From the NCBI GenBank assembly GCA_964640155.1, contig CAZXEQ010000006.1, forward strand, positions 99,013 through 131,012: a stretch of DNA of 32,000 bases, in the 5' to 3' direction. Below are positions 1 through 8,990 of this stretch, in pieces. Below the pieces are notes generated by a model, which did not search any database, was not told where the DNA came from, and was given only the letters and a program-made list of their open reading frames with translations. This DNA comes from an uncultured bacterium. Lineage in GTDB: Bacteria; Auribacterota; JACPWU01. Position 1 is the first letter of the stretch. Every line of letters begins with the position of its first letter. The translations under genes were made by a program, and so were the position numbers.

Positions 1-1
1 A

Positions 2-451
2 ATTCCGCCCTTGAAACTTCCACCTCCTGAAGCCGATGGAAGTTGGAGAATGCAACAAGAAGATGTTGAGCGTGCCCAAGAATTTCACAAATGTATTGAA
101 TGTTTTCTTTGCCAAAATGTTTGTCATGTATTACGCGACCATGACAAAAAAGAAGTCTTCGCCGGACCTCGATTCCTCGTCAAAGTTGCTTCGCTCGAAA
201 TGCATCCCTTAGATACAGCTTCTCGCACAAAATTTTTGAAAGAACAGGCTGGAATTGGATTTTGTAATATTACGAAATGCTGTACTGAAGTGTGTCCTGA
301 AAATATCCACATTACCGACAATGCGATTATCCCTCTGAAAGAACGCGTTGCTGATGAATATTATGATCCGCTGAAAAAGCTGGTCAGAAAAATCAAGAAA
401 GCTGTGACTGGTAATTCTGCACCAGAGGCGCATCCGCCTTTGGTGGAGTAG
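2..451 (+). CDS. sdhB: Succinate dehydrogenase / fumarate reductase iron-sulfur subunit, C-terminal part (5' end upstream of window)
   Basis: The frame is open from the window edge, so the TTG at 11 in the ORF track is not a real start. Cys clusters CIECFLCQNVC and CNITKCCTEVCP are typical Fe-S ligand motifs of SdhB/FrdB. Stop TAG at 449-451. Confidence 0.85.
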   Translation: MPPLKLPPPEADGSWRMQQEDVERAQEFHKCIECFLCQNVCHVLRDHDKKEVFAGPRFLVKVASLEMHPLDTASRTKFLKEQAGIGFCNITKCCTEVCPENIHITDNAIIPLKERVADEYYDPLKKLVRKIKKAVTGNSAPEAHPPLVE

Positions 452-474
452 CTTATCGTTTATAACAAAAAACA

Positions 475-753
475 TTACAATCGACTTTCTTCTTGATAAA
501 TCTCTCGCCGATGGCCAATCCGAAGAATCAAAACAGTCTGATTTTCAATTTTATAAATCACACGATAATCCCCTACTCTTAATTTCCATAAACCTTTAAG
601 TGTAAATCTTAGAGGCTCTCCAAACTCATGAGGTAATGTCATAAGCTTTTGCTCAATCGCTTTTCGAATTCTACTCTTGTCTGGAGAAGAAATTTTGAGG
701 AGATCTTTAGAAGAAACATGAGGATGATAAATAACTTTGAAGGAAATGTTCAT
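475..753 (-). CDS. relE: RelE/ParE-superfamily type II toxin
   Basis: 92 aa. C-terminal signature LRVGDYRVIYKIENQTVLILRIGHRREIY is characteristic of RelE/StbE-type toxins. It lies directly downstream of a small RHH-like ORF on the same strand. Confidence 0.85.
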   Translation of the reverse strand: MNISFKVIYHPHVSSKDLLKISSPDKSRIRKAIEQKLMTLPHEFGEPLRFTLKGLWKLRVGDYRVIYKIENQTVLILRIGHRREIYQEESRL

Positions 754-775
754 TGTTTTATAAGTTTCAAAAAGC

Positions 776-1009
776 CTATTTACCCCAAACTTGACGATGA
801 GACAATGATTTTTTCTTTGGGAAATCCTTCATGCGCCCTTCTGCTTCATGCGCCCAAAATATATCTTCATAAAGATTTAAAGACTCTCGGATCAAATCTC
901 TCGCCATAAGGGACATTGAAACATGCTCTCTTTTAGAAAGATTCTGAACAGCCTTATAAACAGAAGGCTCTAAAACAACATTCAACCGTGGCAATTTTGT
1001 CGACATCAT
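776..1009 (-). CDS. Ribbon-helix-helix (CopG/RelB-like) antitoxin
   Basis: 77 aa. The N-terminus RLNVVLEPSVYKAVQNLSKREHVSMSLMARDLI fits a beta-strand plus two-helix RHH layout. It sits 22 nt upstream of the RelE-like gene. Confidence 0.6.
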   Translation of the reverse strand: MMSTKLPRLNVVLEPSVYKAVQNLSKREHVSMSLMARDLIRESLNLYEDIFWAHEAEGRMKDFPKKKSLSHRQVWGK

Positions 1010-1027
1010 AACCTCTCTTATTGTAAA

Positions 1028-1045
1028 GTAAGTGTATCATAAGTG
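1028..1045 (-). promoter_or_regulatory. Possible operator: direct repeat RTAAGTG spaced about one helical turn, upstream of the antitoxin start
   Basis: gtaagtg (1028-1034) and ataagtg (1039-1045) lie 19-36 nt upstream of the ATG at 1009. This rests on position and repeat only. Confidence 0.2.
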
Positions 1046-1144
1046 ATGAACTATGTAAAGATCCTTGTAAAAGGAGCTTCTGACTTCTTATTTTATATTA
1101 ACACTCCACATGGCAAGGATTTGCCAGTTTATGGGATCCACACC

Positions 1145-1606
1145 TCAATGCCCACAAATACATGCATATTCGGAACGCTTGCAAGTACCACAAATATGAT
1201 CTTCATATACAAAGCGGAAGTTACGTGCTTTGCTCTCAGGAGTTTGCTTAAACCGTATGACAAGATTGAGTGCATGCTCTTTGGGCAGCTGACCTTTACT
1301 GACGAGCACATCCCCTTTTTTCTCGAAATCTAATGTTATTTTCTTTCCGCCTGTTTCTGCAATAACAGATACATTTTGTTCTGCAACTGCAATAGGTTTT
1401 AATATTTTATCATAAAAAGTGATTGTCGCAGAGAGGTCTTTTTCCACAAAAAATTCAGCATGAGGAGAAGTATTTTCGAGCAATCGGCCACCTTTAGGCC
1501 CTCCGATAGGAGCACTATGCTCATGACCGTGTGGAGTCTCGGCATGCATATAAGATGTAACAAAGAGAATGCTTGCGATAATAACCAGTTTGGATAAATT
1601 TTTCAT
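1145..1606 (-). CDS. Exported His/Cys-rich small protein, last gene of the efflux operon (putative periplasmic metal-binding accessory protein)
   Basis: 153 aa. Signal-peptide-like N-terminus MKNLSKLVIIASILFVTSYMHA, then HGHEH. The C-terminal motif is CGTCKRSEYACICGH (C-x2-C-x6-C-x-C-x-H). The start overlaps the pump stop codon (ATGA at 1603-1606). Confidence 0.6.
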   Translation of the reverse strand: MKNLSKLVIIASILFVTSYMHAETPHGHEHSAPIGGPKGGRLLENTSPHAEFFVEKDLSATITFYDKILKPIAVAEQNVSVIAETGGKKITLDFEKKGDVLVSKGQLPKEHALNLVIRFKQTPESKARNFRFVYEDHICGTCKRSEYACICGH

Positions 1607-4600
1607 GATGGAGTTCCTTTAATTTTCTTTGATTTTTTATGTTCTAACCACTCATAAAGCACCGGCAGTAAAACCAAGGTGAGAAAAGTGGATGTTATAA
1701 TACCGCCAATAACGACAGTGGCAAGGGGTCGCTGGACCTCCGCACCTGCTCCATGTGCAATCGCCATAGGTACAAATCCAAGTGAAGCCACAAGCGCTGT
1801 CATAAGTTTGGGGCGTAAACGCAGCAAAGAGCCATCCCAGACGGATGTTCGTAGATCGGCTCCTTGTGCACGCAGTTGATTAAAGAATGTAATAATCATA
1901 AGTCCGTTTAAAACCGCAATACCACTTACAGCAATAAAACCAACTCCGGCTGAAATACTAAACGGCAGGCCTCGTAAAGCAAGAGCAAATACTCCTCCTG
2001 TTACAGCAAGAGGAACAGCTAAAAATACTAAAATCGACTGACGAAAACTACGAAGAGCTACAAAAATCAGAGCAAAGATAAGAAGCATCGCAACAGGAAC
2101 GACGACGCTAAGTCGACGTTTGGCCTCAATCAAATTCTTGAACTGTCCGCCAAATTCGATGGTGTAACCGTCTGGTAACTTGAGTTGATCCTTAATTTTT
2201 TGTTGGGCTTCCATCACAAAACTTTCTACATCACGGCCACGTAAATTAATCATAATGGCGGCACGGCGCTGGCTAAATTCACGCGCAATGGCTGCAACCT
2301 GCTCAACAATTTTAAAGTCAGCAACCTGGCCAAGTGTCAGCAATCCACCATCATCTACCCGTACTGGCAATCTCTTTAACTCGTCAATATTTTCCCGAAG
2401 ATTTTCGCCCAGCCGTACCACAATGTCAAAACGTCGATTGCCTTCAATCAGTTTTCCCACTTCCTCTCCCGCTAACGCTGTATTCACTACCCGGTTCAAT
2501 TCTGCGGCGTGAAGATTGTATTTACTCATTGCCTCTCGCTTCGGAACAATTTCTAATAAAGGAGCCTTTCCCAACGCATCAAATTCCACATCGGCTGCCC
2601 CCGGTACTTTTTCTAAAATTTCTCGAGCTTCACTGGCAATTTTTTCAATCACAGGGAAATCATCCCCAAAAATTTTCACTGCAATGTCTGCTCGAGTTCC
2701 TTCAAGAATCTCGTTAAAACGCATTTCAATAGGCTGACTGAAAAGGTGCGCCTCTCCTGGAACATATTTACCCAGTTCCTCTGTCATCAGATTAGCCAGT
2801 TGATCTTTCGTGAGACGCTTGCCTTCTATTTTTCTCCATTGCTTCTCGGGGTTGAACATGATGTAGGTATCTGCCACATTGACACCCATGGGATCGGTTG
2901 CAACTTCTGCCGTTCCCAAGCGGCTAAAAATATAATCCACCTCTGAAAATTTTTCTAACAGCATCTTTTCGCCACGTTTTTGCATATCAATACTTGCATT
3001 AATCCCAATACTCGTGGTTCGAATCATATGAGTGGCAAATGAACCTTCATCGAGCTGAGGCACAAACTCTGCACCAAGATTATTGAAAATAATGACGGCC
3101 AAGGTAAAAAGTCCTACCCCCATCCCGATGACAGTTTTACGTGACCTCAATGCAAAATTTAAAATGGGGGTGTATACTTTTTTTGCCACACGCACCAGCC
3201 AGGAGTCTTTTTCTTTAATATCCCCACCCAGCAAATAAGAAGAAAGTGCAGGCATCAGAGTCAGAGCCAAGATCAGCGCTCCTATAAGCGCAAAAATCAC
3301 AGTGATCGCCATAGGTCTAAACATCTTGCCCTCAATCCCAGTCAATGCCAAAATCGGAAAATAAACCACCATAATAATAAGGACTCCAAAAAACATGGGA
3401 CTGGCAACTTCTTTTGCAGAACGCAAAACTTCGTTAGAACGCTCTAAGGGAGTAAGCCTGCGCTTAAGCTGATGCTGCTTTTCTGCGATGTGGCGAATCA
3501 TATTTTCAACCATGACAACCGCTCCATCAACAATCAGACCGAAATCAATGGCTCCCAAACTCATCAAATTACCAGAAACACGACCTTGCACCATTCCCAT
3601 CATTGCAAACAACATAGAAAGAGGTATTGCAAGCGCAACAATAAGGGCTGCCCTCCAATTACCTAGCATCACAAGAAGCACCACCACAACGAGAATTGCA
3701 CCTTCAAACAAACTTGACTCCACCGTATAAATGGTGCGATCCACAAGCTCGGTGCGGTCATAAACTGGAATAATTTTCACACCTTCTGGTAGTTTAGTTT
3801 CTAATTCTTTTAATTTTTCTGCCACCGCTTTTGCGACAATACGGCTGTTCTCACCAGCTAGCATCAAGGCCGAACCTAACACACACTCCTCACCGTTATA
3901 AGTACTTGCGCCGTTTCTCACGGCCTTGCCAATCACAACATCTGCCACATCTTTCACACGAAGTGGTGTTGCTCTCGAACCAAACTTGAGTGGCAGCTGT
4001 TCAATCTCCTCCAGAGTTTGCACACGGCCAGCGGCCCGCACAGCCACCTGCTCACCGCCAATTTGAATCACACTGCCGCCGGCATTTTCCACATTTTCAC
4101 CAATAGCCGCTGCAATTTCACTAAAGGACATTCCTACACTCTTGAGTTTGTCTGGATTCGCCTGAATAACAATTTGTTTTTCGTAACCTCCCGATGAATT
4201 GACTTCAGCAAGCCCTGGTGTTGAACGCAAACGCGGTTTAATCATAAAATCGTGAATGAGCTTAAGCTCCATAAGCTGAGCCTCTCGCGCCGAGGGTTTA
4301 CTCCGTGCATCAGAGGCGTACTCCACGACATAGTAAAAAATTTCTCCAAGACCCGTACTGATGGGTGCAAGTTTAGGTGTAAGATCTGGCGGAATTTCAT
4401 CCATCACAGTTTGCAGACGTTCACTTACCAATTGTCGCGAACGATAAATGTCTGTACCTTCTTTAAAAACAAGCGTCACCTGAGAAAGACCAAACTTGGA
4501 AAGTGAGCGCAGTTCTGTCAAGCCTGGTATTCCTGCCATTTCATTTTCAATGGGAAAAGTAACAAGTTTTTCAATTTCTTCTGGAGCCAGAGCAGGAACA

Positions 4601-4755
4601 ACAGTATTCACCTGGACTTGAATATTCGTAATGTCAGGGACTGCATCAATGGGCAATCGCATTGCCGACCCAATTCCAACAGTGATGAGTCCGACCGTAG
4701 CGATGACTACAAATAAACGTTGTCGAATAGAAAATTCAAGGATTCGATTTAGCAT
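1603..4755 (-). CDS. Heavy-metal efflux RND pump, CusA/CzcA family
   Basis: About 1050 aa. The N-terminus MLNRILEFSIRQRLFVV is typical of HME-RND pumps, and the layout shows 12 TM segments with two large loops. I prefer the ATG at 4755 over the track's TTG at 4767. That ATG lies 2 nt after the adaptor stop codon. Confidence 0.9.
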   Translation of the reverse strand: MLNRILEFSIRQRLFVVIATVGLITVGIGSAMRLPIDAVPDITNIQVQVNTVVPALAPEEIEKLVTFPIENEMAGIPGLTELRSLSKFGLSQVTLVFKEGTDIYRSRQLVSERLQTVMDEIPPDLTPKLAPISTGLGEIFYYVVEYASDARSKPSAREAQLMELKLIHDFMIKPRLRSTPGLAEVNSSGGYEKQIVIQANPDKLKSVGMSFSEIAAAIGENVENAGGSVIQIGGEQVAVRAAGRVQTLEEIEQLPLKFGSRATPLRVKDVADVVIGKAVRNGASTYNGEECVLGSALMLAGENSRIVAKAVAEKLKELETKLPEGVKIIPVYDRTELVDRTIYTVESSLFEGAILVVVVLLVMLGNWRAALIVALAIPLSMLFAMMGMVQGRVSGNLMSLGAIDFGLIVDGAVVMVENMIRHIAEKQHQLKRRLTPLERSNEVLRSAKEVASPMFFGVLIIMVVYFPILALTGIEGKMFRPMAITVIFALIGALILALTLMPALSSYLLGGDIKEKDSWLVRVAKKVYTPILNFALRSRKTVIGMGVGLFTLAVIIFNNLGAEFVPQLDEGSFATHMIRTTSIGINASIDMQKRGEKMLLEKFSEVDYIFSRLGTAEVATDPMGVNVADTYIMFNPEKQWRKIEGKRLTKDQLANLMTEELGKYVPGEAHLFSQPIEMRFNEILEGTRADIAVKIFGDDFPVIEKIASEAREILEKVPGAADVEFDALGKAPLLEIVPKREAMSKYNLHAAELNRVVNTALAGEEVGKLIEGNRRFDIVVRLGENLRENIDELKRLPVRVDDGGLLTLGQVADFKIVEQVAAIAREFSQRRAAIMINLRGRDVESFVMEAQQKIKDQLKLPDGYTIEFGGQFKNLIEAKRRLSVVVPVAMLLIFALIFVALRSFRQSILVFLAVPLAVTGGVFALALRGLPFSISAGVGFIAVSGIAVLNGLMIITFFNQLRAQGADLRTSVWDGSLLRLRPKLMTALVASLGFVPMAIAHGAGAEVQRPLATVVIGGIITSTFLTLVLLPVLYEWLEHKKSKKIKGTPS

Positions 4756-4757
4756 AA

Positions 4758-5549
4758 TCAGTGGCAATGCCCTCCCCCTTTGGTCGCACGCAGTTCAATA
4801 AGCCAGAGAGTTTCTACGGGTTTTGCTACTACTTGATCGCCCGGATACAATCCCTCAGTAATTTCAATTTTTTCATTCGTTTTGCTTCCTACTGTCACTG
4901 CCGTGCGATAATACGCATTACCATTCACCACGTAGACATAAGTTCCCATGACCGTGCGTAAAAGCGCAGAACTTGGAATGACAGTGACTGACTCAGTCCG
5001 TGGCACAGAAATCGTGGCACCCACAAACTCGCCATCTTCGATTTTGCTTCCCGCCGTAGTCACTCCAACAATAATTTCAATTTCTCCATGGGCAAGTGGC
5101 CGCTGAAGTGACACAACAAATCCATCCAATGTTTCACCGTGAGAAGTTTGAAATTTGATAGGCTGCTTTGGTTTTACCAAAGCCGCCTGATCAGTAGGTA
5201 AAAAGCCAGAACCATGAATTTGACAGCCGGTATGATCCATATTAAGATCCGAAAAACGATGCGTTTCACCGAAAAGCTGAACATTCAATTGAATAACATG
5301 AGGTAAAATCTCCTGTGTCACATCCACAATCTCAAGTCCTATGATTTTACTTGTCTCATCTGTAACAATAACTCCTTTGCCTGCCTTAAAGGATGCTCCA
5401 GAAGGTGATTCTTCTTCGCCATGTCCGCTCTCAGCGTTCTTTTTATCATGACTTTGGCTATCACCTCCATTACCACCACAACCTAACGGAAGCATTGTAA
5501 CTACACTCAGAAACAAAATAGATAAGATAGAAAGGGTTATCAGTCTCAT
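4758..5549 (-). CDS. Efflux RND periplasmic adaptor (membrane fusion protein), unusually short and apparently lacking the alpha-hairpin
   Basis: 263 aa. Lipoprotein-like leader (LPLGCGG). The C-terminal half VTVIPSSALLRTVMGTYVYVVNGNAYYRTAVTVGSKTNEKIEITEGLYPGDQVV matches the beta-barrel/membrane-proximal part of MFPs. It sits between the TolC-like and pump genes with a 4-nt overlap to the upstream gene. Confidence 0.75.
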   Translation of the reverse strand: MRLITLSILSILFLSVVTMLPLGCGGNGGDSQSHDKKNAESGHGEEESPSGASFKAGKGVIVTDETSKIIGLEIVDVTQEILPHVIQLNVQLFGETHRFSDLNMDHTGCQIHGSGFLPTDQAALVKPKQPIKFQTSHGETLDGFVVSLQRPLAHGEIEIIVGVTTAGSKIEDGEFVGATISVPRTESVTVIPSSALLRTVMGTYVYVVNGNAYYRTAVTVGSKTNEKIEITEGLYPGDQVVAKPVETLWLIELRATKGGGHCH

Positions 5550-6859
5550 TGAGTATTACCCAAACTTATTTTTACAAGCGATAAATCAGCACCCGTCATG
5601 AGTTCCAGCTGAGTCGCAGCTTCAAGCGCCTCCTTCTTTGTCTCTTGCAAACCTTCAATCGTATCCAGATATTGAGATTGAAGTTCGATATAAGTGGAAA
5701 CAGGTACTGCCCCTAGCCGATAATGACGGTCGGCCAATTCGGCCGCTTCCTTAAAGTGCTGGATTGAATCCGGTTGCCAATTTTCCATTTCTTTCAATTT
5801 AGTTTCATACGTACCAATAGCTTCAACGACACGACGCTGCGCATCACGCTGTGCCACATCAAAAGAAGTTTCCGCTTGCATTTGTTGCGCTTTAGCAGTC
5901 TCAATATTGCCTTCATTGCGATCCCATAACGGTAGCGGCAATGATATTGCTGCGCCGATCATGCGTTCGCGCTCACCGGCCTGCTCAATGGCAATAACCG
6001 GTCCAATTGTAATGTCAGGAAATCTTTCATTTTTTGCAAGCCTGACACGACGGCTCTGTCTTTCTAATTCAATCATACGTAAACGAACCTTAAAATCATT
6101 GGCCTTCCCAAGATTTATAAGTTCACTTTTATCCATTTCAATCGGACGAAATATCAAATTCATTCGGGTCATCTTCAATGCATCATCTGGTGTCACTCCA
6201 CGCAGCTGGTTTAGATCAAATAAAGCTGCTTTTGCTTTAAGTGAAGCTTGACTGGCCTTACGTTGCATATTAATTTCTATCGCTTCAATAACACGCGCTT
6301 CCAACAAAGGGGTTAATCCTGCCTGATCACGCTGTAGAAGAACCTCGCGCAAAGCGCGAAAATGTTCAGCTATTTCCTGGGTTGCTTCTACTTTTTCCTG
6401 CGCAGCACTCCATACATAAGCTGCTATTTTTACACGCACCTTAAGTAAACTACAAAACTGCTCCAAACCAAGTTGCGCAAGTTCAATATCTCGATCCGCT
6501 ATCGCTTCGCGTAAGCGAATTCGTCCAGGCCACGAAAAAGACTGCGTCACCATTATCTCACTTGCTACTCCTGTTTTATCTTCATCAGAGCTGCTACTAA
6601 CTCTCTTGCGCCCCATAGATCCGCTGAACTCAGGATTTTTCCAAAGACTGGCTGTCTTGCGTAATCCTCTTGCTGCTAACACTTCTGCTTCATAAAATTT
6701 AAGTTCGGGATTATTTTCAAGAGCTTCATTAACTAAAGCTTCAAGCGATTGCATTGTCTCATCAATCTGCGAAGAAAGAGATTCCCGGACCAGGGCGATC
6801 AAAACGAATAAAAAAACGCTCATGACTATCAACCAACTTGGTATAAAACGGTTTTTCAT
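5546..6859 (-). CDS. TolC/CzcC-family outer membrane efflux protein
   Basis: 437 aa with an N-terminal leader. Two helical repeat halves carry TolC-like segments (LSLEALVNEALENNPELKFYEAEVLAARG, and later ETSFDVAQRDAQRRV). It is the first large gene of the efflux operon. Confidence 0.8.
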   Translation of the reverse strand: MKNRFIPSWLIVMSVFLFVLIALVRESLSSQIDETMQSLEALVNEALENNPELKFYEAEVLAARGLRKTASLWKNPEFSGSMGRKRVSSSSDEDKTGVASEIMVTQSFSWPGRIRLREAIADRDIELAQLGLEQFCSLLKVRVKIAAYVWSAAQEKVEATQEIAEHFRALREVLLQRDQAGLTPLLEARVIEAIEINMQRKASQASLKAKAALFDLNQLRGVTPDDALKMTRMNLIFRPIEMDKSELINLGKANDFKVRLRMIELERQSRRVRLAKNERFPDITIGPVIAIEQAGERERMIGAAISLPLPLWDRNEGNIETAKAQQMQAETSFDVAQRDAQRRVVEAIGTYETKLKEMENWQPDSIQHFKEAAELADRHYRLGAVPVSTYIELQSQYLDTIEGLQETKKEALEAATQLELMTGADLSLVKISLGNTQ

Positions 6860-6968
6860 AAAGGAACTCTGTATTTGAAATTTTTTAGCCTCATCAAAAA
6901 TATTAATTTAAAAAGACTAGAGTAATGCCGCTTGAGATTACGAATAAACACACGAATTGCGTCTAAGA

Positions 6969-7280
6969 CTAGACGTACAGAGGCGGATGAAAAATGGATC
7001 TGATAGGCGGATCAGGGATAAAACTAAAAACAGAGGGAACAAATAGAGAAGTGCTTAAATTTGAAAAAACTTTCATCGTTGGAGTTGATGAAAGCCACTG
7101 ATGATGAATCGAGCAACAAAGAAAGCAACATTCAGAATCATCCATCGAATTTGAAGCAGGATGATCCTCTTTACATGCATGAGCAGGCTCAATCACCACG
7201 GAATTGATAAAGCCTATCAAAGCCACAAACGCTATTAGCACAATGAACATACGTTTCATGTAATGCATGCTAGCATTCAT
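6969..7280 (-). CDS. Small hydrophobic-leader Cys/His-rich protein upstream of the efflux operon (hypothetical)
   Basis: 103 aa. The likely real start is the internal MKRMFIVLIAFVALIGF. Contains HACKEDH and ECCFLCCSIHHQW (CC-x2-CC-x2-HH). No family recognised. The coding call rests on ORF length, the leader and position. Confidence 0.4.
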   Translation of the reverse strand: MNASMHYMKRMFIVLIAFVALIGFINSVVIEPAHACKEDHPASNSMDDSECCFLCCSIHHQWLSSTPTMKVFSNLSTSLFVPSVFSFIPDPPIRSIFHPPLYV

Positions 7281-7372
7281 TGCTAACTACCGTCAATTTA
7301 ATTATGAACTAAATACTAGCTTCAAAACAAGCTTTCACAAGTTTCTACAAGTTTTTATAGTGCTTTAGCATA

Positions 7373-7388
7373 GTCCCCGTCAGGGGAC
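7373..7388 (-). terminator. Stem-loop just downstream of gltD (weak terminator candidate)
   Basis: gtcccc-gtca-ggggac is a 6-bp GC-rich stem 15 nt after the gltD stop. No clear U tract follows, so intrinsic termination is uncertain. Confidence 0.3.
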
Positions 7389-7402
7389 ACGATGTTACTG
7401 TT

Positions 7403-8887
7403 TTAAGGCAGTTCCGTCGATCCCATGAGGTAACGATCGCATTCTCGCGCAGCACCGCGGCCTTCGTTGATGGCCCAGACCACAAGGCTTTGTCCACGCC
7501 GGGCATCTCCTGCCGCAAATACACCTTTAAGGTTGGTGGTATATTTTTCCCAGTCAGCTTTGATATTGCTACGAGCATCTTGCTCAAGCCCCAAATCTTT
7601 TAAGAGTTGCTCTTCCGGTCCTAAAAATCCAAGAGCCAAAAGCACCAATTGGGCAGGCCAGATTTTTTCAGAGCCAGGAACTTCTTTCATCACAAATTTT
7701 CCGTCAGCACCTTTTTCCCACTTAATTTCAACGGTATGGACTTCTTTGAGTTTCCCATTCGCATCTGCAACAAAGCGTTTGGTAGAAATAGAATAAGCTC
7801 TGGGATCCTTTCCAAAAACAGAAGCTGCTTCTTCTTGGCCATAATCCATTTTATAAACCTTAGGCCATTCAGGCCACGGATTGTCTGTTGCTCTTTGCAT
7901 GGGAGGTTGAGGCAAAATTTCAAATTGAACTAAGCTTTTGCATCCATGTCGCATGGCCGTTGCGACACAATCTGTCCCTGTATCTCCTCCTCCAATCACA
8001 ATCACATCTTTTCCTGCAGCAGAAATAAATTGGCCATCTTGATGCCGACTATCTAATAAACTCTTTGTATTTTTATGCAAAAATTCCATGGCAAAATGAA
8101 CACCTGAGGCGTTACGTCCTTCGGTTGTTAAGTCACGAGGTTTAGTTGCACCCGTGCAAAGCACCGTAGCATCAAATTCTTGAAGTAATTTTTTGGCAGG
8201 ATAATTTTTCCCCACTTCTGTATTTGTAACAAATTTTACACCTTCTTTTGCCATCAAATCCACACGCCGCTGAACAATTGTTTTATCTAATTTTGGATTT
8301 GGAATGCCGTACATTAAAAGGCCACCCACGCGATCTGATCTCTCAAAAACAGTGACCTCATGACCTGCTTTATTTAATTGCGCGGCACAGGAAAGACCCG
8401 CAGGACCGGAACCAATCACCGCTACTCGTTTTCCTGTTCTTATCTTCGGGATTTCAGGAGTCACCCAACCTTCATCAAATCCTTTATCAATGATAGAACT
8501 TTCAATATTTTTGATGGTAACAGCAGGTGCACTCATACCCAGCACACATGAACCTTCGCAAGGAGCTGGACAGACACGTCCCGTAAATTCCGGGAAATTA
8601 TTTGTTTTATGCAACCGTTCTAATGCTTCTTCCCACAATCCTCTAAAAATCAAATCATTCCATTCCGGAATCAAATTATTAATAGGACAGCCTGAAGCCA
8701 TACCACTGATCAAAGTTCCCGTATGGCAAAATGGAATACCACAATCCATACAGCGCGCACCTTGCTGTTTTAATTTATCTTCTGGCAAATGAAGATGAAA
8801 TTCATTCCAATCCTGCATCCTTTCAGAAGCAGAACGGTCTTGTGGCAATTCTCTTGTATATTCTAAAAATCCTGTTGGTTTACCCAT
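7403..8887 (-). CDS. gltD: Glutamate synthase (NADPH) small subunit
   Basis: 494 aa. [15 protein letters not shown]...[12 protein letters not shown]...CPAPCEGSC Fe-S motifs, and the dinucleotide-binding motif [14 protein letters not shown]. It lies directly downstream of gltB. Confidence 0.95.
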   Translation of the reverse strand: MGKPTGFLEYTRELPQDRSASERMQDWNEFHLHLPEDKLKQQGARCMDCGIPFCHTGTLISGMASGCPINNLIPEWNDLIFRGLWEEALERLHKTNNFPEFTGRVCPAPCEGSCVLGMSAPAVTIKNIESSIIDKGFDEGWVTPEIPKIRTGKRVAVIGSGPAGLSCAAQLNKAGHEVTVFERSDRVGGLLMYGIPNPKLDKTIVQRRVDLMAKEGVKFVTNTEVGKNYPAKKLLQEFDATVLCTGATKPRDLTTEGRNASGVHFAMEFLHKNTKSLLDSRHQDGQFISAAGKDVIVIGGGDTGTDCVATAMRHGCKSLVQFEILPQPPMQRATDNPWPEWPKVYKMDYGQEEAASVFGKDPRAYSISTKRFVADANGKLKEVHTVEIKWEKGADGKFVMKEVPGSEKIWPAQLVLLALGFLGPEEQLLKDLGLEQDARSNIKADWEKYTTNLKGVFAAGDARRGQSLVVWAINEGRGAARECDRYLMGSTELP

Positions 8888-8892
8888 ATTTT

Positions 8893-8981
8893 AGTCACCA
8901 GTCTCCAGTCACCGGTCTCCGGTTCCCAGCTTCCAGTTATTTATTTTTCCTACTGACTGGAGACTGGCAACCCGTGACCGG
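8893..8981. repeat. Heptanucleotide tandem array with an inverted partner in the gltB-gltD spacer
   Basis: Six tandem 7-mers at 8898-8939 (ccagtct ccagtca ccggtct ccggttc ccagctt ccagtta). Inverted units follow at 8954-8981 (tgactgg agactgg caacccg tgaccgg). 8898-8911 is perfectly complementary to 8954-8967 (14 bp). Confidence 0.85.
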
Positions 8982-8990
8982 CAACTTTTT

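Noticed and set aside
2-13. TTG at position 11 as the start of the first ORF
   Set aside because: The frame is open to the window edge, and the product is only the C-terminal Fe-S part of SdhB, so the gene starts upstream of the window.
649-1333. Plus-strand ORFs 649-909 and 1043-1333
   Set aside because: They are antisense to the RelE/RHH pair and to the operon-terminal exported protein respectively, and their translations are low-complexity.
4756-4767. TTG start (MPLIM...) for the RND pump, overlapping the adaptor gene by 10 nt
   Set aside because: The ATG at 4755 yields the typical MLNRILEFSIRQR N-terminus of HME-RND pumps and sits 2 nt after the adaptor stop. The TTG extension adds nothing recognisable.
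7345-7587. 80-aa minus-strand ORF overlapping the 3' end of gltD
   Set aside because: It is out of frame within a confidently assigned gene, and no motif is present.
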